Shown in pieces: positions 51,149 through 60,841 of a DNA stretch of 64,000 nt. The stretch lies in assembly GCA_963762145.1 (NCBI GenBank), contig CAVXJS010000019.1, forward strand, positions 192,001 to 256,000, given 5' to 3'. The notes under the pieces are model-generated. The model was given only the letters and a program-made list of their open reading frames with translations. It ran no database searches and had not been told where the DNA came from. Position 1 is the first letter of the stretch. Each line of letters starts with the position of its first letter. The translations under genes were made by a program, and so were the position numbers. This DNA comes from an uncultured Candidatus Rokubacteria bacterium. GTDB lineage: Bacteria; Methylomirabilota; Methylomirabilia; Rokubacteriales; CSP1-6.

Positions 51149-53455
51149 ATGGCCGACGGGTGGGGAGGCCGATACCGCGGCCTTCGCCGGTGGACTCTTC
51201 TCGCGGGCATCTTGCTGGCCATCGTGGTGCTGGTCGGGGGAGGCCTCGCCATCTACGCGGCTCGGGCGCTCTCGCGGTTCGAGCGGGTGGAGGCGCGTCG
51301 CTCCACCGTGCTCTACGCCGCGCCGCCCGTGCTCCGGCCGGGTGTCAACGTGAACGCCCTCGACCTGGCCGGGATCCTCGGCCGCCAGGGCTACCGCGAG
51401 ACCCGCAACGCGGGAGCATCCGGACAGTTCTCCCGCTCGGACAGCGCGTGGGAGATCAACGTGGCCGGGGCGGCCCGGGTCAGGCTGACCGTATCGGGTG
51501 GGCGGGTCACCCATCTGCGGCAGGGCGACTCTGCGGTACAGAGCGTCGCGCTGCCCCCCGAGCTGCTGGCCAGCGCCGGCGCCGACATGGGAGAGAACAT
51601 CCGTCCGGTTCGCCTGCCCGACGTGCCCCAGGTCCTGCGCGACGCGGTCCTGGTCACCGAGGACGCGCGCTTCTATGAGCACGGCGGCGTGGACCCCCGC
51701 GGGATCGTGCGCGCGCTGTGGACCAATGTCCGGAAGGGGCGCGTCGCCGAGGGGGGCAGCACCATCACGCAGCAGCTCGTCAAGAGTCGGCTGCTCAACC
51801 CGGAGCGGACGCTGGCGCGCAAGATCAACGAGGCGCTCCTGTCGACCGTGCTCGAGTGGCGCTACGGCAAGGATCAGATCCTCGAGGCCTACCTCAACGA
51901 GATCTATCTGGGACAATCGGGGGGCTCGGCGGTGCGCGGCGTCGGCGCCGCCTCGCGAGCGTATTTCGGCAAGGAGGTCCATCAGCTCTCGCTGCCGGAG
52001 GCCGCGCTGCTCGCGGGAATGATCCGCGGACCCAACAACTACTCGCCGGTCGGCAATCCCGAGCGCGCGCGGGAGCGGCGCGACGTGGTCCTCACGCGCA
52101 TGCGCGACCTCGGCAAGATCTCGGAGGCCGACCTCCGCCGCGCCCGCAAAGAGCCGGTGCGCGCCCGCACCACCCCGGTGAACGGCCTGATGGCGCCGTA
52201 TTTCGTGGACTACGTCCGCGCCGAGCTCGAGCGGAACGCCGACATCGACCTGGCCGACCTGCACGGGGTGCGCGTCTATACCACGCTCGATCCGGTGCTG
52301 CAGCGGCTGGCCGAGGCCGCGGTGGTGAGGGGCATGGATCGTCTCGAGACGCTGCGCCCGCGGCTGCGGCGGCAAAACCCGGAGGAGCGCCTGCAGGTGG
52401 CGATGATCGTGCTCGACCCGGCCAGCGGTCAGGTTCGCGCGCTCGTCGGGGGCCGCGACTACCGGGCGAGCCAGTTCAACCGGGCCGTGCTCGCCCGACG
52501 GCAGCCGGGGAGCGCGTTCAAGCCGTTCGTGTACCTGGCCGCCCTCACGCCGCGGAAGGACGCGAGCCTCTTCACGGCCGCCACGCTGATCGAGGACGCG
52601 CCCATCACGGTCACGGTGGACGGCAAGCCGTGGACGCCCAAGAACTACGACGACCGCTACGAAGGCCCGGTCACCGTGCGCCGGGCCCTGGAAGGCTCGC
52701 TCAACACCGCGACCGTCCGCGTGGCCCAGGCGGTGGGCCTGCCCGTGGTCATCGACACCGCGCGGTCGATGGGCATGGAGGTCGATCTCAAGCCGGTGCC
52801 CGCGCTCTCCCTGGGCGTGTTCGAGATCACGCCGCTGGCGCTCGCGCGCGCGTACCTGCCGCTGGCCAACGGCGGGCTGGCGCCGACCGGTGGCGGGGTC
52901 GTGGAGACGGTCGCCGACGAGGGGGGGCGCGCCATCTGGAGCGCGCGTCGCGAGGCGCGTCCGGTGATCGGCGCACCCGAGGCCTTCCTGGTCACGTCGC
53001 TGCTGGAGGGCGTGGTCAACGTGGGCACCGCGGCCTCTGCGCGCGCGGCCGGGGTGCCCGGCGCGGTGGCCGGCAAGACCGGAACGACGAACGAAGGGCG
53101 GGATGCGTGGTTCGTCGGCTATGCGCCCAACCTGCTCGCGCTCGTCTGGGTGGGGTTCGACGACGGGACACCCGCCGGGCTATCCGGGTCGGAGGGCGCG
53201 CTGCCGATCTGGTCCGAGTTCATGCGGCAGGCCCTCGACATCTACCCGGGCGGCGCGTTTCCTGAGCCGTCCGGCATCACCCACGCGAAGGTGGACGTGA
53301 CCACCGGCCGTCGGGCCACCGCGTTCTGCCCCCTGGTGACGACCGAGGTATTTCTGGCCGGCAGCGAGCCCACGGCCTGCGAGGAGCATGGCGGGGCCGT
53401 CATGGAGCAGATCGAGCGCTGGTGGGATAAGGTCCGGGGCTGGTTCGGGAAGTAG
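51149..53455 (+). CDS. Class A penicillin-binding protein (PBP1b-like)
   Basis: TEDARFYEHGGVD, GGSTITQQLVK, YLNEIYLG, GSAFKP (SxxK), SLN, GKTGTT. Confidence 0.93.
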   Translation: MADGWGGRYRGLRRWTLLAGILLAIVVLVGGGLAIYAARALSRFERVEARRSTVLYAAPPVLRPGVNVNALDLAGILGRQGYRETRNAGASGQFSRSDSAWEINVAGAARVRLTVSGGRVTHLRQGDSAVQSVALPPELLASAGADMGENIRPVRLPDVPQVLRDAVLVTEDARFYEHGGVDPRGIVRALWTNVRKGRVAEGGSTITQQLVKSRLLNPERTLARKINEALLSTVLEWRYGKDQILEAYLNEIYLGQSGGSAVRGVGAASRAYFGKEVHQLSLPEAALLAGMIRGPNNYSPVGNPERARERRDVVLTRMRDLGKISEADLRRARKEPVRARTTPVNGLMAPYFVDYVRAELERNADIDLADLHGVRVYTTLDPVLQRLAEAAVVRGMDRLETLRPRLRRQNPEERLQVAMIVLDPASGQVRALVGGRDYRASQFNRAVLARRQPGSAFKPFVYLAALTPRKDASLFTAATLIEDAPITVTVDGKPWTPKNYDDRYEGPVTVRRALEGSLNTATVRVAQAVGLPVVIDTARSMGMEVDLKPVPALSLGVFEITPLALARAYLPLANGGLAPTGGGVVETVADEGGRAIWSARREARPVIGAPEAFLVTSLLEGVVNVGTAASARAAGVPGAVAGKTGTTNEGRDAWFVGYAPNLLALVWVGFDDGTPAGLSGSEGALPIWSEFMRQALDIYPGGAFPEPSGITHAKVDVTTGRRATAFCPLVTTEVFLAGSEPTACEEHGGAVMEQIERWWDKVRGWFGK

Positions 53456-53474
53456 CGAGCCCGGCGTCGGCGGC

Positions 53475-53786
53475 CTAGACCGCGAGCAGGCGACCGAAGC
53501 GGCGCAGGCGGTCCTGGATGTCTCCCATGAAGAGGAAGGCCATGCCGTCGGAGTCCTGCCGCCAGACCAGCGCCGGCACGTTGAACGGCGACCCGTCGGG
53601 CGGCCGGAACCGGAGCTGAGCCGGCGTCCCGATGTCGATCCGTTCCTTGGGTCTCACCTTCGCGCCGCGGGCCGAGATGTCCATCGTCTGGAGGAGGAAG
53701 CGGCGCTTGCCGGCCTCCACGACGACGAGCCAGGAGACGTCGGTGCGCGGATGACGGCGGCGGTCGGCGTGCCTTGTGGTGACCAT
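53475..53786 (-). CDS. Stand-alone PilZ domain protein
   Basis: RRRHPR and DISARG c-di-GMP motifs. Confidence 0.85.
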   Translation of the reverse strand: MVTTRHADRRRHPRTDVSWLVVVEAGKRRFLLQTMDISARGAKVRPKERIDIGTPAQLRFRPPDGSPFNVPALVWRQDSDGMAFLFMGDIQDRLRRFGRLLAV

Positions 53787-53799
53787 GCCCGGGGGTGCG

Positions 53800-53815
53800 A
53801 GCAACCTGCGTGCCT
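53800..53815 (-). promoter_or_regulatory. Sigma54 -24/-12 promoter
   Basis: AGGCACGCAGGTTGCT upstream of the PilZ ATG. Confidence 0.7.
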
Positions 53816-53934
53816 CGGCCGGACGCCCGTCATATCAACCGGTTGGACCCCGTCAACCCGTTGGCGGACCGTCAGATCCGTGTCGTGACGCTGACAGTGT
53901 TCGCCGGCTGCCAAAGCGTGTAGAGTCGGGGCCC

Positions 53935-55311
53935 ATGAGCCCGGCGACGGCCGAGGTGGTGATCTGCGGGGCCGGGATGGCCGGCATCGCCGCCGCGTAT
54001 CACCTGGCGGTGCGTCGCGGCATCGGCGGGGTCGTCCTGGTGGACGAGCGTCCGGCGCTGTCCCTGACCAGCGACAAGTCCGCCGAGTCCTACCGAAACT
54101 GGTGGCCGGGCCCGGGCGACTCGATGGTCGCGCTGATGAACCGCAGCATCGACCTCATGGAAGAGCTCGCCGCGGAGAGCGGCAACGTCTTCCTGATGAA
54201 CCGGCGGGGCTATCTCTTCGCCACCGCGCAGCCGGAGCAGATCGACCGCTACGTGCAGGCGGCCGAGGACGCGGCCGGCTTCGGCGCCGGCCCGGTCCGC
54301 ATGCATCGCTCGGCCGCGGACAGCTATCAGCCCGCGCCCGCCGTCGGCTACGAGAAGCAACCCATTGGCACCGACGTCATCACCGACCCGAGTCTGATTC
54401 GCCGTCATTTTCCGTACCTCGCACCGGACACGGTGGCGCTGCTGCACGCGCGGCGCTGCGGCTGGTTCAGCGGTCAGCAGCTCGGCATGTACATGCTCGA
54501 GCGGGCGCGGGACCGGGGGGTCCGGCTGATCGACGGACGCGTGGAGCGCGTGGAGACGGCGGGCGGCCGGGTGACCGGGGTGGTCGTGAGCGGGCGTGAC
54601 GGTAGGCGGACGATCGGGACGCCACGCTTCGTCAACGCGGCGGGGCCCTTCGTCAAGGATGTGGGCCGGCTGCTCGGCATCGAGCTGCCCGTGTTCTGCG
54701 AGCGGCACGCCAAGGTCGCCTTCCACGACACGCTGGGCGTGGTGCCGCGTCACGCGCCGATGATGATCTGGACGGACCCGGTGCGCCTGCCGTGGTCCGA
54801 GGACGAGCGCGCGGAGCTCGGAGAGGCCGAGGCCCTGCGGCATCTGCTGGAGGAGATGCCGGCCGGCGTGCACGGACGTCCCGAGGGCGGGGGAGACAGC
54901 CCGATCATGCTCGGGGTGTGGACCTACCATGCCGAGCCGATGGAGGCGCGCTTCCCGATCGAGTTCGATCCGGCTCACGCGGAGATCGTGCTCCGGGGTC
55001 TGACGCGGCCGCTGCCCGGGCTCGCCGCGTACCTGTCGCGCTTCCCGAAGTGCTTCGTGGACGGAGGCTATTACACCAAGACGCAGGAGAACCGCTTCCT
55101 GTCGTGCCCGCTCCCCCTCGAGGGCGCCTACCTCATCGGTGGCCTGTCGGGCTACGGGATGATGTCGTCGAACGGGGCCGCCGATCTCCTCGCGGACTAC
55201 ATCGCGGAGCGGCCGCTGCCCCGCTACGCTCCCGCCTTCCACCTGGACCGCTACCAGGATCCGGCCTACCAGAAGCTCCTGGACGACTGGGGCGACTCCG
55301 GGCAGCTCTGA
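53935..55311 (+). CDS. FAD-dependent oxidoreductase (DAO/sarcosine oxidase beta-like)
   Basis: ICGAGMAG, VNAAGP, GLSGYGMM. Confidence 0.85.
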   Translation: MSPATAEVVICGAGMAGIAAAYHLAVRRGIGGVVLVDERPALSLTSDKSAESYRNWWPGPGDSMVALMNRSIDLMEELAAESGNVFLMNRRGYLFATAQPEQIDRYVQAAEDAAGFGAGPVRMHRSAADSYQPAPAVGYEKQPIGTDVITDPSLIRRHFPYLAPDTVALLHARRCGWFSGQQLGMYMLERARDRGVRLIDGRVERVETAGGRVTGVVVSGRDGRRTIGTPRFVNAAGPFVKDVGRLLGIELPVFCERHAKVAFHDTLGVVPRHAPMMIWTDPVRLPWSEDERAELGEAEALRHLLEEMPAGVHGRPEGGGDSPIMLGVWTYHAEPMEARFPIEFDPAHAEIVLRGLTRPLPGLAAYLSRFPKCFVDGGYYTKTQENRFLSCPLPLEGAYLIGGLSGYGMMSSNGAADLLADYIAERPLPRYAPAFHLDRYQDPAYQKLLDDWGDSGQL

Positions 55312-55381
55312 TCGGAGGGGGCCTCGGCGGCCCCCTCCGAGCCTCCCCCTGAAACGGGGGTGCGCCGGCGAAGCCGGCGCT
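55312..55381. repeat. Multi-hairpin GC-rich intergenic element between convergent genes
   Basis: TCGGAGGGGGCC-N5-GGCCCCCTCCGA, CCCC-N6-GGGG, GCGCCGGC-GAA-GCCGGCGC. Confidence 0.6.
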
Positions 55382-55431
55382 CGAACGGAGACGGATCCTA
55401 CGAGCTTGGCGCTCTGGCGCGGAAGCTACAT

Positions 55432-56721
55432 CTACCAGTACTGCATGGCGTCGCGGAGGATGAGGTCGAGCTCGGCGGCGCCCACGTGGCGCGGGGCGCC
55501 CGCCAGGAGGCGCGGCTGACGTAGCGTGCCCTCGATCAGCGCGGGAAGATCGCGCTCGGTGTAGCCGATCGCGGTGAGGCCGTTCGGGATGCCGATGTCC
55601 CGCATGATCGAGAGGAGCGCCTGCGGCAGCGCCTCGCGCCGCCCGGCCTCGTCGAGATCGGCCACCGGCCATCCCAGTAGCTCGGCCGCGCGCAGATGGC
55701 GTTCGGGCGCGGTCGTGTAGGTGAAGCGGAAGGCGGCGGGCGCGGTGAGGATCACCGACATGCCATGCGGGACGAGCGGGTGGCGGGTTCGATAGCCGCT
55801 CGGGATGTAGTCACGCACGAGACCCGCGATCGGGTAGGCCACCGCGTGGGGGATGTGCACGCCCGCGTTGCCGAAGCCGACGCCCGCGTAGTTGGCCGCC
55901 AGCGCCAGGTGCAGGCGCGCGTCGACGTCGAGGCCGTTGAGCACGGCGCGCCGCAGGTAGCGAGCCGCGTATTCCATCGCCTTCTCGCACCAGATGTCGC
56001 TCGCGGGATTGGCGCCGATGTAGGCCGGCCGGTCGGGCGGGTGGTGCTTGGCGCGCGCGTTGTACGGGCGCGTGGTGTACGACTCGATGGCGTGGGTGAG
56101 GATGTCGGCTCCCGCCGCCGCGGTCACCTCGGGCGGGACGGTGAGCGTGTTCAGCGGATCCACCACGCCGAGCGCGGGCCGCAGCAGGCGGTGCGAGACG
56201 CCCGCTTTCACGTTCTGGTCCACGATGTGAGTCACCGCCACCGCGGTGGTCTCGCTGCCGGTGCCGGCGGTGGTGGGCACCGCGATCAAGGGGCGCACCG
56301 GGCCGGGTACCGCGATGCCCTTGCCGACCGGCTTGTTGATGTAGTCGAGCAGCGGCGCCGGGTAGCAGGTGAGGAGGTTGGCCGCCTTGCACGTGTCGAT
56401 GGTGCTGCCGCCGCCCACCGCGATCAGTCCGTCCCAGTCCTTGCTGCGCGCGTACTCGCCCGCCTCCTCCATGGAGCGATCGGTGGGCTCCACCTCTACG
56501 CCGTCCCAGACGTCGGCCTTCACGCCCTGTTCCTCGAGGAGCGCGCGCACGCGTTCGGCGAGGCCGAGCTCGGAGATGTGGCGGTCCGTGAAGATCAGCG
56601 CCTTGCGGATGCCCAGGCGCGTGGCGTCGAAGCCGATCTCGTCCATGGCGCCCAGCCCGAACTTGATCGGCGAGTTCTCCATCACGAATACGGTCTCGGT
56701 CGGCAGGGTCACGCCCTTCAT
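55432..56721 (-). CDS. Hydroxyacid-oxoacid transhydrogenase (Fe-ADH family)
   Basis: VEPTDRS, GGGSTIDTCKAANL, PTTAGTGSE, HAIESYT, FGNAGVHIPH, PHG; TATAAT at 56770-56775. Confidence 0.88.
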   Translation of the reverse strand: MKGVTLPTETVFVMENSPIKFGLGAMDEIGFDATRLGIRKALIFTDRHISELGLAERVRALLEEQGVKADVWDGVEVEPTDRSMEEAGEYARSKDWDGLIAVGGGSTIDTCKAANLLTCYPAPLLDYINKPVGKGIAVPGPVRPLIAVPTTAGTGSETTAVAVTHIVDQNVKAGVSHRLLRPALGVVDPLNTLTVPPEVTAAAGADILTHAIESYTTRPYNARAKHHPPDRPAYIGANPASDIWCEKAMEYAARYLRRAVLNGLDVDARLHLALAANYAGVGFGNAGVHIPHAVAYPIAGLVRDYIPSGYRTRHPLVPHGMSVILTAPAAFRFTYTTAPERHLRAAELLGWPVADLDEAGRREALPQALLSIMRDIGIPNGLTAIGYTERDLPALIEGTLRQPRLLAGAPRHVGAAELDLILRDAMQYW

Positions 56722-56852
56722 GCGGGCCTCCAGTGGGTGGCGGTGCGTGGGATGTCCGGCTGGTCCGAGATTATAGAATCGCGGGGCCGACTGCGATACC
56801 CTCGCGCATTGCGAGCCGCCGGCCGCTGGGTGCGGCCGCGCCGGACCCCGAG

Positions 56853-57878
56853 CTAGGAAGGGAGCGCGACGCGGGCGAGGAGCTTGACGTCGTCGAGCAG
56901 CGCCCCGGCTCCGCGGACGACGCAGGTCAGCGGGTCGTCGCTCACGCGGATCGGCAGGCCGGTCTGCTCGTGGAGCAGCAGGTCGAGCCCGCGGAGGAGC
57001 GCGCCGCCGCCGGACACCACGATACCCTTGTCCACGATGTCGGCGGCCAGCTCGGGCGGGATCTGCTCGAGGCACGTGTGCACCGCGCTCACGATCGCCA
57101 TGATCGGCTCGCGCAGCGCCTCGCGGATCTCCTCGCCGGTCACCAGGATGGTCTTGGGGATGCCGACGATCAGGTCGCGGCCCTTGACCTCCATGGTGAG
57201 GTGCTCGCCGTTGACCGGGTAGGCGGAGCCCAGCCGGAGCTTGATGTCCTCCGCGTGGCGCTCGCCGACGAGGAGGCTGTAGTTCTTGCGGATGTGCTGG
57301 ATGACCGCGGTGTTCATCTCGTCGCCCGCGATGCGGGCCGACTTGCAGTAGACGATTCCGGACAGGGACATCACCGCGACCTCGGTGGTGCCGCCGCCGA
57401 TATCCACGATCATGTTCGCGCCCGGCTCGGCCACCGGGAGGCCCGCGCCGAGGGCGGCCGCGATGGGCTCCTCGATCAGATAGGCCTCGCGGGCGCCCGC
57501 CTGCTTGGCCGACTGTCGCACGGCCCGCTTCTCGACCTGGGTGATCCCCGACGGCACCGTGACCACGACGCGCGGGTGCACGATGCTGCGCCGCTGGTGG
57601 GTCTTCTTGATGAAGTAGTGGAGCATCTTCTCGGTGGAGTCGAAGTCGGCGATGACCCCGTGACGGAGCGGTCGGATGACCGAGATGCTTCCCGGGGCGC
57701 GGCCGAGCATCGCCTTGGCCTCGTGGCCGGCGGCCAGGACGACACCGTCCTTCATGGCGACGATGGACGGCTCGTTGAGGACGATGCCCTGTCCTCTCAC
57801 GTAGACGAGGGTATTGGCGGTTCCCAGATCCACCGCCAGGTCGTCGGCCAGGAAGCTCATGAGGGATCTCAGAGGCAT
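56853..57878 (-). CDS. mreB: Rod shape-determining actin homolog, stand-alone
   Basis: DLGTANTLVY, RPLRHGVIADF, EEPIAAALG, DIGGGTTEVA, GGGALL. Confidence 0.94.
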   Translation of the reverse strand: MPLRSLMSFLADDLAVDLGTANTLVYVRGQGIVLNEPSIVAMKDGVVLAAGHEAKAMLGRAPGSISVIRPLRHGVIADFDSTEKMLHYFIKKTHQRRSIVHPRVVVTVPSGITQVEKRAVRQSAKQAGAREAYLIEEPIAAALGAGLPVAEPGANMIVDIGGGTTEVAVMSLSGIVYCKSARIAGDEMNTAVIQHIRKNYSLLVGERHAEDIKLRLGSAYPVNGEHLTMEVKGRDLIVGIPKTILVTGEEIREALREPIMAIVSAVHTCLEQIPPELAADIVDKGIVVSGGGALLRGLDLLLHEQTGLPIRVSDDPLTCVVRGAGALLDDVKLLARVALPS

Positions 57879-57906
57879 GTCCGGTCCTTTCGGGACAGGG
57901 AGGGAA

Positions 57907-57922
57907 CGCAACGGATGTGCCA
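57907..57922 (-). promoter_or_regulatory. Sigma54 -24/-12 promoter of mreB
   Basis: TGGCACATCCGTTGCG. Confidence 0.8.
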
Positions 57923-58122
57923 GTGGGAGCGGCAACCGGGACGACGCGAAGTGGTTGCCGGAGGGGCGTCTCCTACCATAGGCGGGGGTGAGCAAGCGCC
58001 TCGCTCCGGCGAAAGTGTCAGCATATGTAGGTTTTACATTACACCAATGTAATATTTACCCCGATTTCTGCCCCGGGAAAGGGCCTTGTCAGCCCCGGGA
58101 CCGCGTCGTAATCTTGGGCGCC

Positions 58123-58908
58123 ATGAAGGCCCCCCGGAAGCCGCCGGCGAAGATCGAAGGTCGCAAGCGAATGCAGCAAAGCGGACTCACGGTCGCCTGG
58201 CGGGGCACACGGAGTCGCAAGGACTGGGCGGCCTATCTCGAGAACGGGAGCGAGAAGGGGCGCCTCGTGCTCGCTGAGCAGGTGTCGGAGCGGGCCGTGA
58301 AGAGCCTGCTGGCGCGGATCCAGAGCCTGTCGCGTGACGTCCTCGAGGCCATGGGGCGCCCGGTCGAGGCGGTCGCCGCACAGGGTGGGGGGCCGCCGCC
58401 CGCTCGCCGGCCGCGCGGGAGTGACGAGGGGCGATCGAGCTCCGAGATCGTCGTGCAGGCGGTGCCGGGTCGCCAGCTTGCGCTGACCGGGGACACGGAG
58501 ACGGAGGCATCGGCCACCGCGAGCTCACGTCGCCGCCGGCTCCCGGCCAAGGTCGAGCGCAATCCCTCCGCCGAGCGTCGCCCGGCGCGGGTCTCCGCCC
58601 GCGACCTGGCGGGAACCGTGCGGCAGCTTCGCTCGCGGCTCGAGAGCCTGGAAGAGGAGCAGCATGAGCTTCGGGCCGAGCTGGCCCTGCTACGGGGCGA
58701 TGCCGAGGCCTACGAGGGGACGACGCCCAGCATCTTCGTCACGGGGTGGTTTCGCGCGGCCCTGGTCCTGATCGTGCTGGCGATCGTCGTGGTGATCAGC
58801 GTGCCCTGGCTGATGGAGGTCTTCGAAGGGGGTGCGCGAGAGTCACGTCCGCCGATTCGCGACGAAGCGCCGGTGACCTTGCCGGATCCGCCGCCGAGGA
58901 GCCGCTGA
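58123..58908 (+). CDS. Hypothetical protein with coiled coil and C-terminal TM
   Basis: LRSRLESLEEEQHELRAELALL; WFRAALVLIVLAIVVVISVPW. Confidence 0.55.
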   Translation: MKAPRKPPAKIEGRKRMQQSGLTVAWRGTRSRKDWAAYLENGSEKGRLVLAEQVSERAVKSLLARIQSLSRDVLEAMGRPVEAVAAQGGGPPPARRPRGSDEGRSSSEIVVQAVPGRQLALTGDTETEASATASSRRRRLPAKVERNPSAERRPARVSARDLAGTVRQLRSRLESLEEEQHELRAELALLRGDAEAYEGTTPSIFVTGWFRAALVLIVLAIVVVISVPWLMEVFEGGARESRPPIRDEAPVTLPDPPPRSR

Positions 58909-58910
58909 GC

Positions 58911-59237
58911 CTACTGCTCGGCGCAGCGCAACGCGACGCGGGCGTACTCGATTCCGCCAGGGTAATAGTAAATGGTCCCCGAATCGCCCTCCCGCTGGAA
59001 CGGCTCCCCCGACCAGCTGTCGTTGATCGCCTTGACCGTGATCAGGTGCCGATCGAGCGCCGCCTTGCACTCCTCGCCGGTGGCGTAGCGGCCGGCGATG
59101 ATCTGGTCGGTCGGGAGGGGCGGGACGCGGGCGAGCCAGCGGAGCATGATCGTGTCCAGCGGGTTGTCCTTGATGGTCACGGATAGGTCGGACCAGAGAA
59201 GCCAGACCAGACTCAGGGCCCCGACCCACTTTCTCAT
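58911..59237 (-). CDS. Hypothetical exported protein
   Basis: Hydrophobic N-terminus, two Cys. Confidence 0.55.
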   Translation of the reverse strand: MRKWVGALSLVWLLWSDLSVTIKDNPLDTIMLRWLARVPPLPTDQIIAGRYATGEECKAALDRHLITVKAINDSWSGEPFQREGDSGTIYYYPGGIEYARVALRCAEQ

Positions 59238-59382
59238 GGCCAGACTCTAGGTCCCGACCTCCCTGGCTGTCAAGGTTAGGGGGCTCGGGAACCTACCGGG
59301 GGCTTCGTGCGTTGGGGCACAAGCTGGGTTCGCCGAGGCGGGCCCGAAACCCGGGCGAGAGGGGGTAGAATAGGGCCGGCAG

Positions 59383-59772
59383 ATGGAGACCATCCTGGTG
59401 GTGGACGACGAAGCGCAAGTGCGGACCCTGGCGCGTGACATCCTCCTGGGAGCCGGTTACCGAGTGCTCGAGGCCGAGGATGGTGAGCAGGCGCTTCGGC
59501 TCGCGGAGGATCACCAGGGCGCGATCCACGTCCTCCTGACCGACATCATGATGCCGGGTATCAACGGCAAGGAACTGGCGGACCGGTTCCTCATCGCGCG
59601 CCCGGACGCCAAGGCGATCTTCATGTCTGGCCGGGCCGCCGAGGTGATCAGCGACGCGGGGGTGCTCATCCCGGTGGACGCGTTCCTGGCCAAGCCCTTC
59701 ACGGTGGAGCGCCTGCTGAACAAGATCCGCGAGCGGCTCGAGTATCGCTCGCCCTTCTCCCGTCCCCGCTAG
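59383..59772 (+). CDS. Single-domain response regulator receiver
   Basis: ILVVDDE, LLTDIMMPGING, FMSG, FLAKPF. Confidence 0.92.
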   Translation: METILVVDDEAQVRTLARDILLGAGYRVLEAEDGEQALRLAEDHQGAIHVLLTDIMMPGINGKELADRFLIARPDAKAIFMSGRAAEVISDAGVLIPVDAFLAKPFTVERLLNKIRERLEYRSPFSRPR

Positions 59773-59805
59773 CCGTCCCGCGGGCGGCCCCGATCGACCT
59801 CCTCC

Positions 59806-60330
59806 TCAGCCGCTGTCCATCTGAGCGGGGCGCTTCACCCGGTCGCCCGGCCGGAGGTTCAGGATGGCCTCCGGGAATACCCGCGCCAGCCACCCCACCA
59901 CGTCGTTCACGGTCACGATGCCGATCGGGCGGTGATCACCGTCGACCAGGGGCACGGTGCGATACCCCGCACTGTGCATGCGGTTGATGGCGAAGCAGAT
60001 GCGGTCGCCGGGGTTGAGGGCCTCGGGATCGGCGGTCATCACCTCCGCCAGGCGTGTCCGGGCGAGATCGCGCCCCTGGCGGACCACGCGGGTGAGCAGA
60101 TCGCGCTCGGTGAAGATCCCCACGAGCCGGCCAGTCTGGTCGACGATCACCACGCCCGCCCGGTGGTTGTCCCCCATCCGTGTGACCGCCTCCGCGACCG
60201 AGGCTTCCGGGAGCATGCGGATCGGCTCGCTGGGCGCGAGCATGCGCACCTCGTCGCTCAGCAGGGCGTCCTGGAGCTTGCGGAACTCCGCGTCGAGGGA
60301 TTCGGAGTACTCGTCGTGGAACTCGCTCAT
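59806..60330 (-). CDS. Tandem CBS domain protein
   Basis: LVGIFTERDLL, VMTADP, YRTVPLVD..PIGIVT. Confidence 0.9.
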   Translation of the reverse strand: MSEFHDEYSESLDAEFRKLQDALLSDEVRMLAPSEPIRMLPEASVAEAVTRMGDNHRAGVVIVDQTGRLVGIFTERDLLTRVVRQGRDLARTRLAEVMTADPEALNPGDRICFAINRMHSAGYRTVPLVDGDHRPIGIVTVNDVVGWLARVFPEAILNLRPGDRVKRPAQMDSG

Positions 60331-60639
60331 GACCGCCACCTCGAGGGGTGGAGCATGCTAGGCCCGCGTTGATCGTGGTGTCAAGACTGGGAAGGCTCCT
60401 GCCTACTCAGGGAGCAGGAGCGCCCAAGCTTGGTGCGGTGGTTCCCATCGTTCGGCGCGCAGGCTGCGCACGTGGCGGCCTCGAGGGCTCGGATGCGAGC
60501 ATCGCTTGAACCCGGGTGTCGAGCGACGATGGGTAAGTGACTGATGCGGATGATGTCGTCGTATGCAAGTCGTGCAGGGTCCGCTGGCGCGCGAGCCGGG
60601 GACTTGGCGGCGGCAGACGCGCCGCGAGTCGGGTCCGGG

Positions 60640-60655
60640 TGGCACCGAGTTTGCC
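60640..60655 (+). promoter_or_regulatory. Sigma54 -24/-12 promoter
   Basis: TGGCACCGAGTTTGCC, just upstream of TTG 60670. Confidence 0.7.
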
Positions 60656-60669
60656 GAGTATCGACCGCC

Positions 60670-60840
60670 TTGAAAGTCATTTGCTCGCGGTGTCAGGAGG
60701 AAGGGAAACCGAGCCTCCTGGTCACGATCGACATCCCGGGTGATGACCGCGAGATCCATGGGCTCTGCTGGACGCACCGGCTCCGCCTCCTGGCCAGGTC
60801 GACCGACTCGACACCCCCTCGCGAGCCCGGCGCGCGCTGA
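60670..60840 (+). CDS. Small putative Zn-binding protein
   Basis: MKVICSRCQ...IHGLCWTH (CxxC..HGxCxxH); TTG start. Confidence 0.6.
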   Translation: MKVICSRCQEEGKPSLLVTIDIPGDDREIHGLCWTHRLRLLARSTDSTPPREPGAR

Positions 60841-60841
60841 C

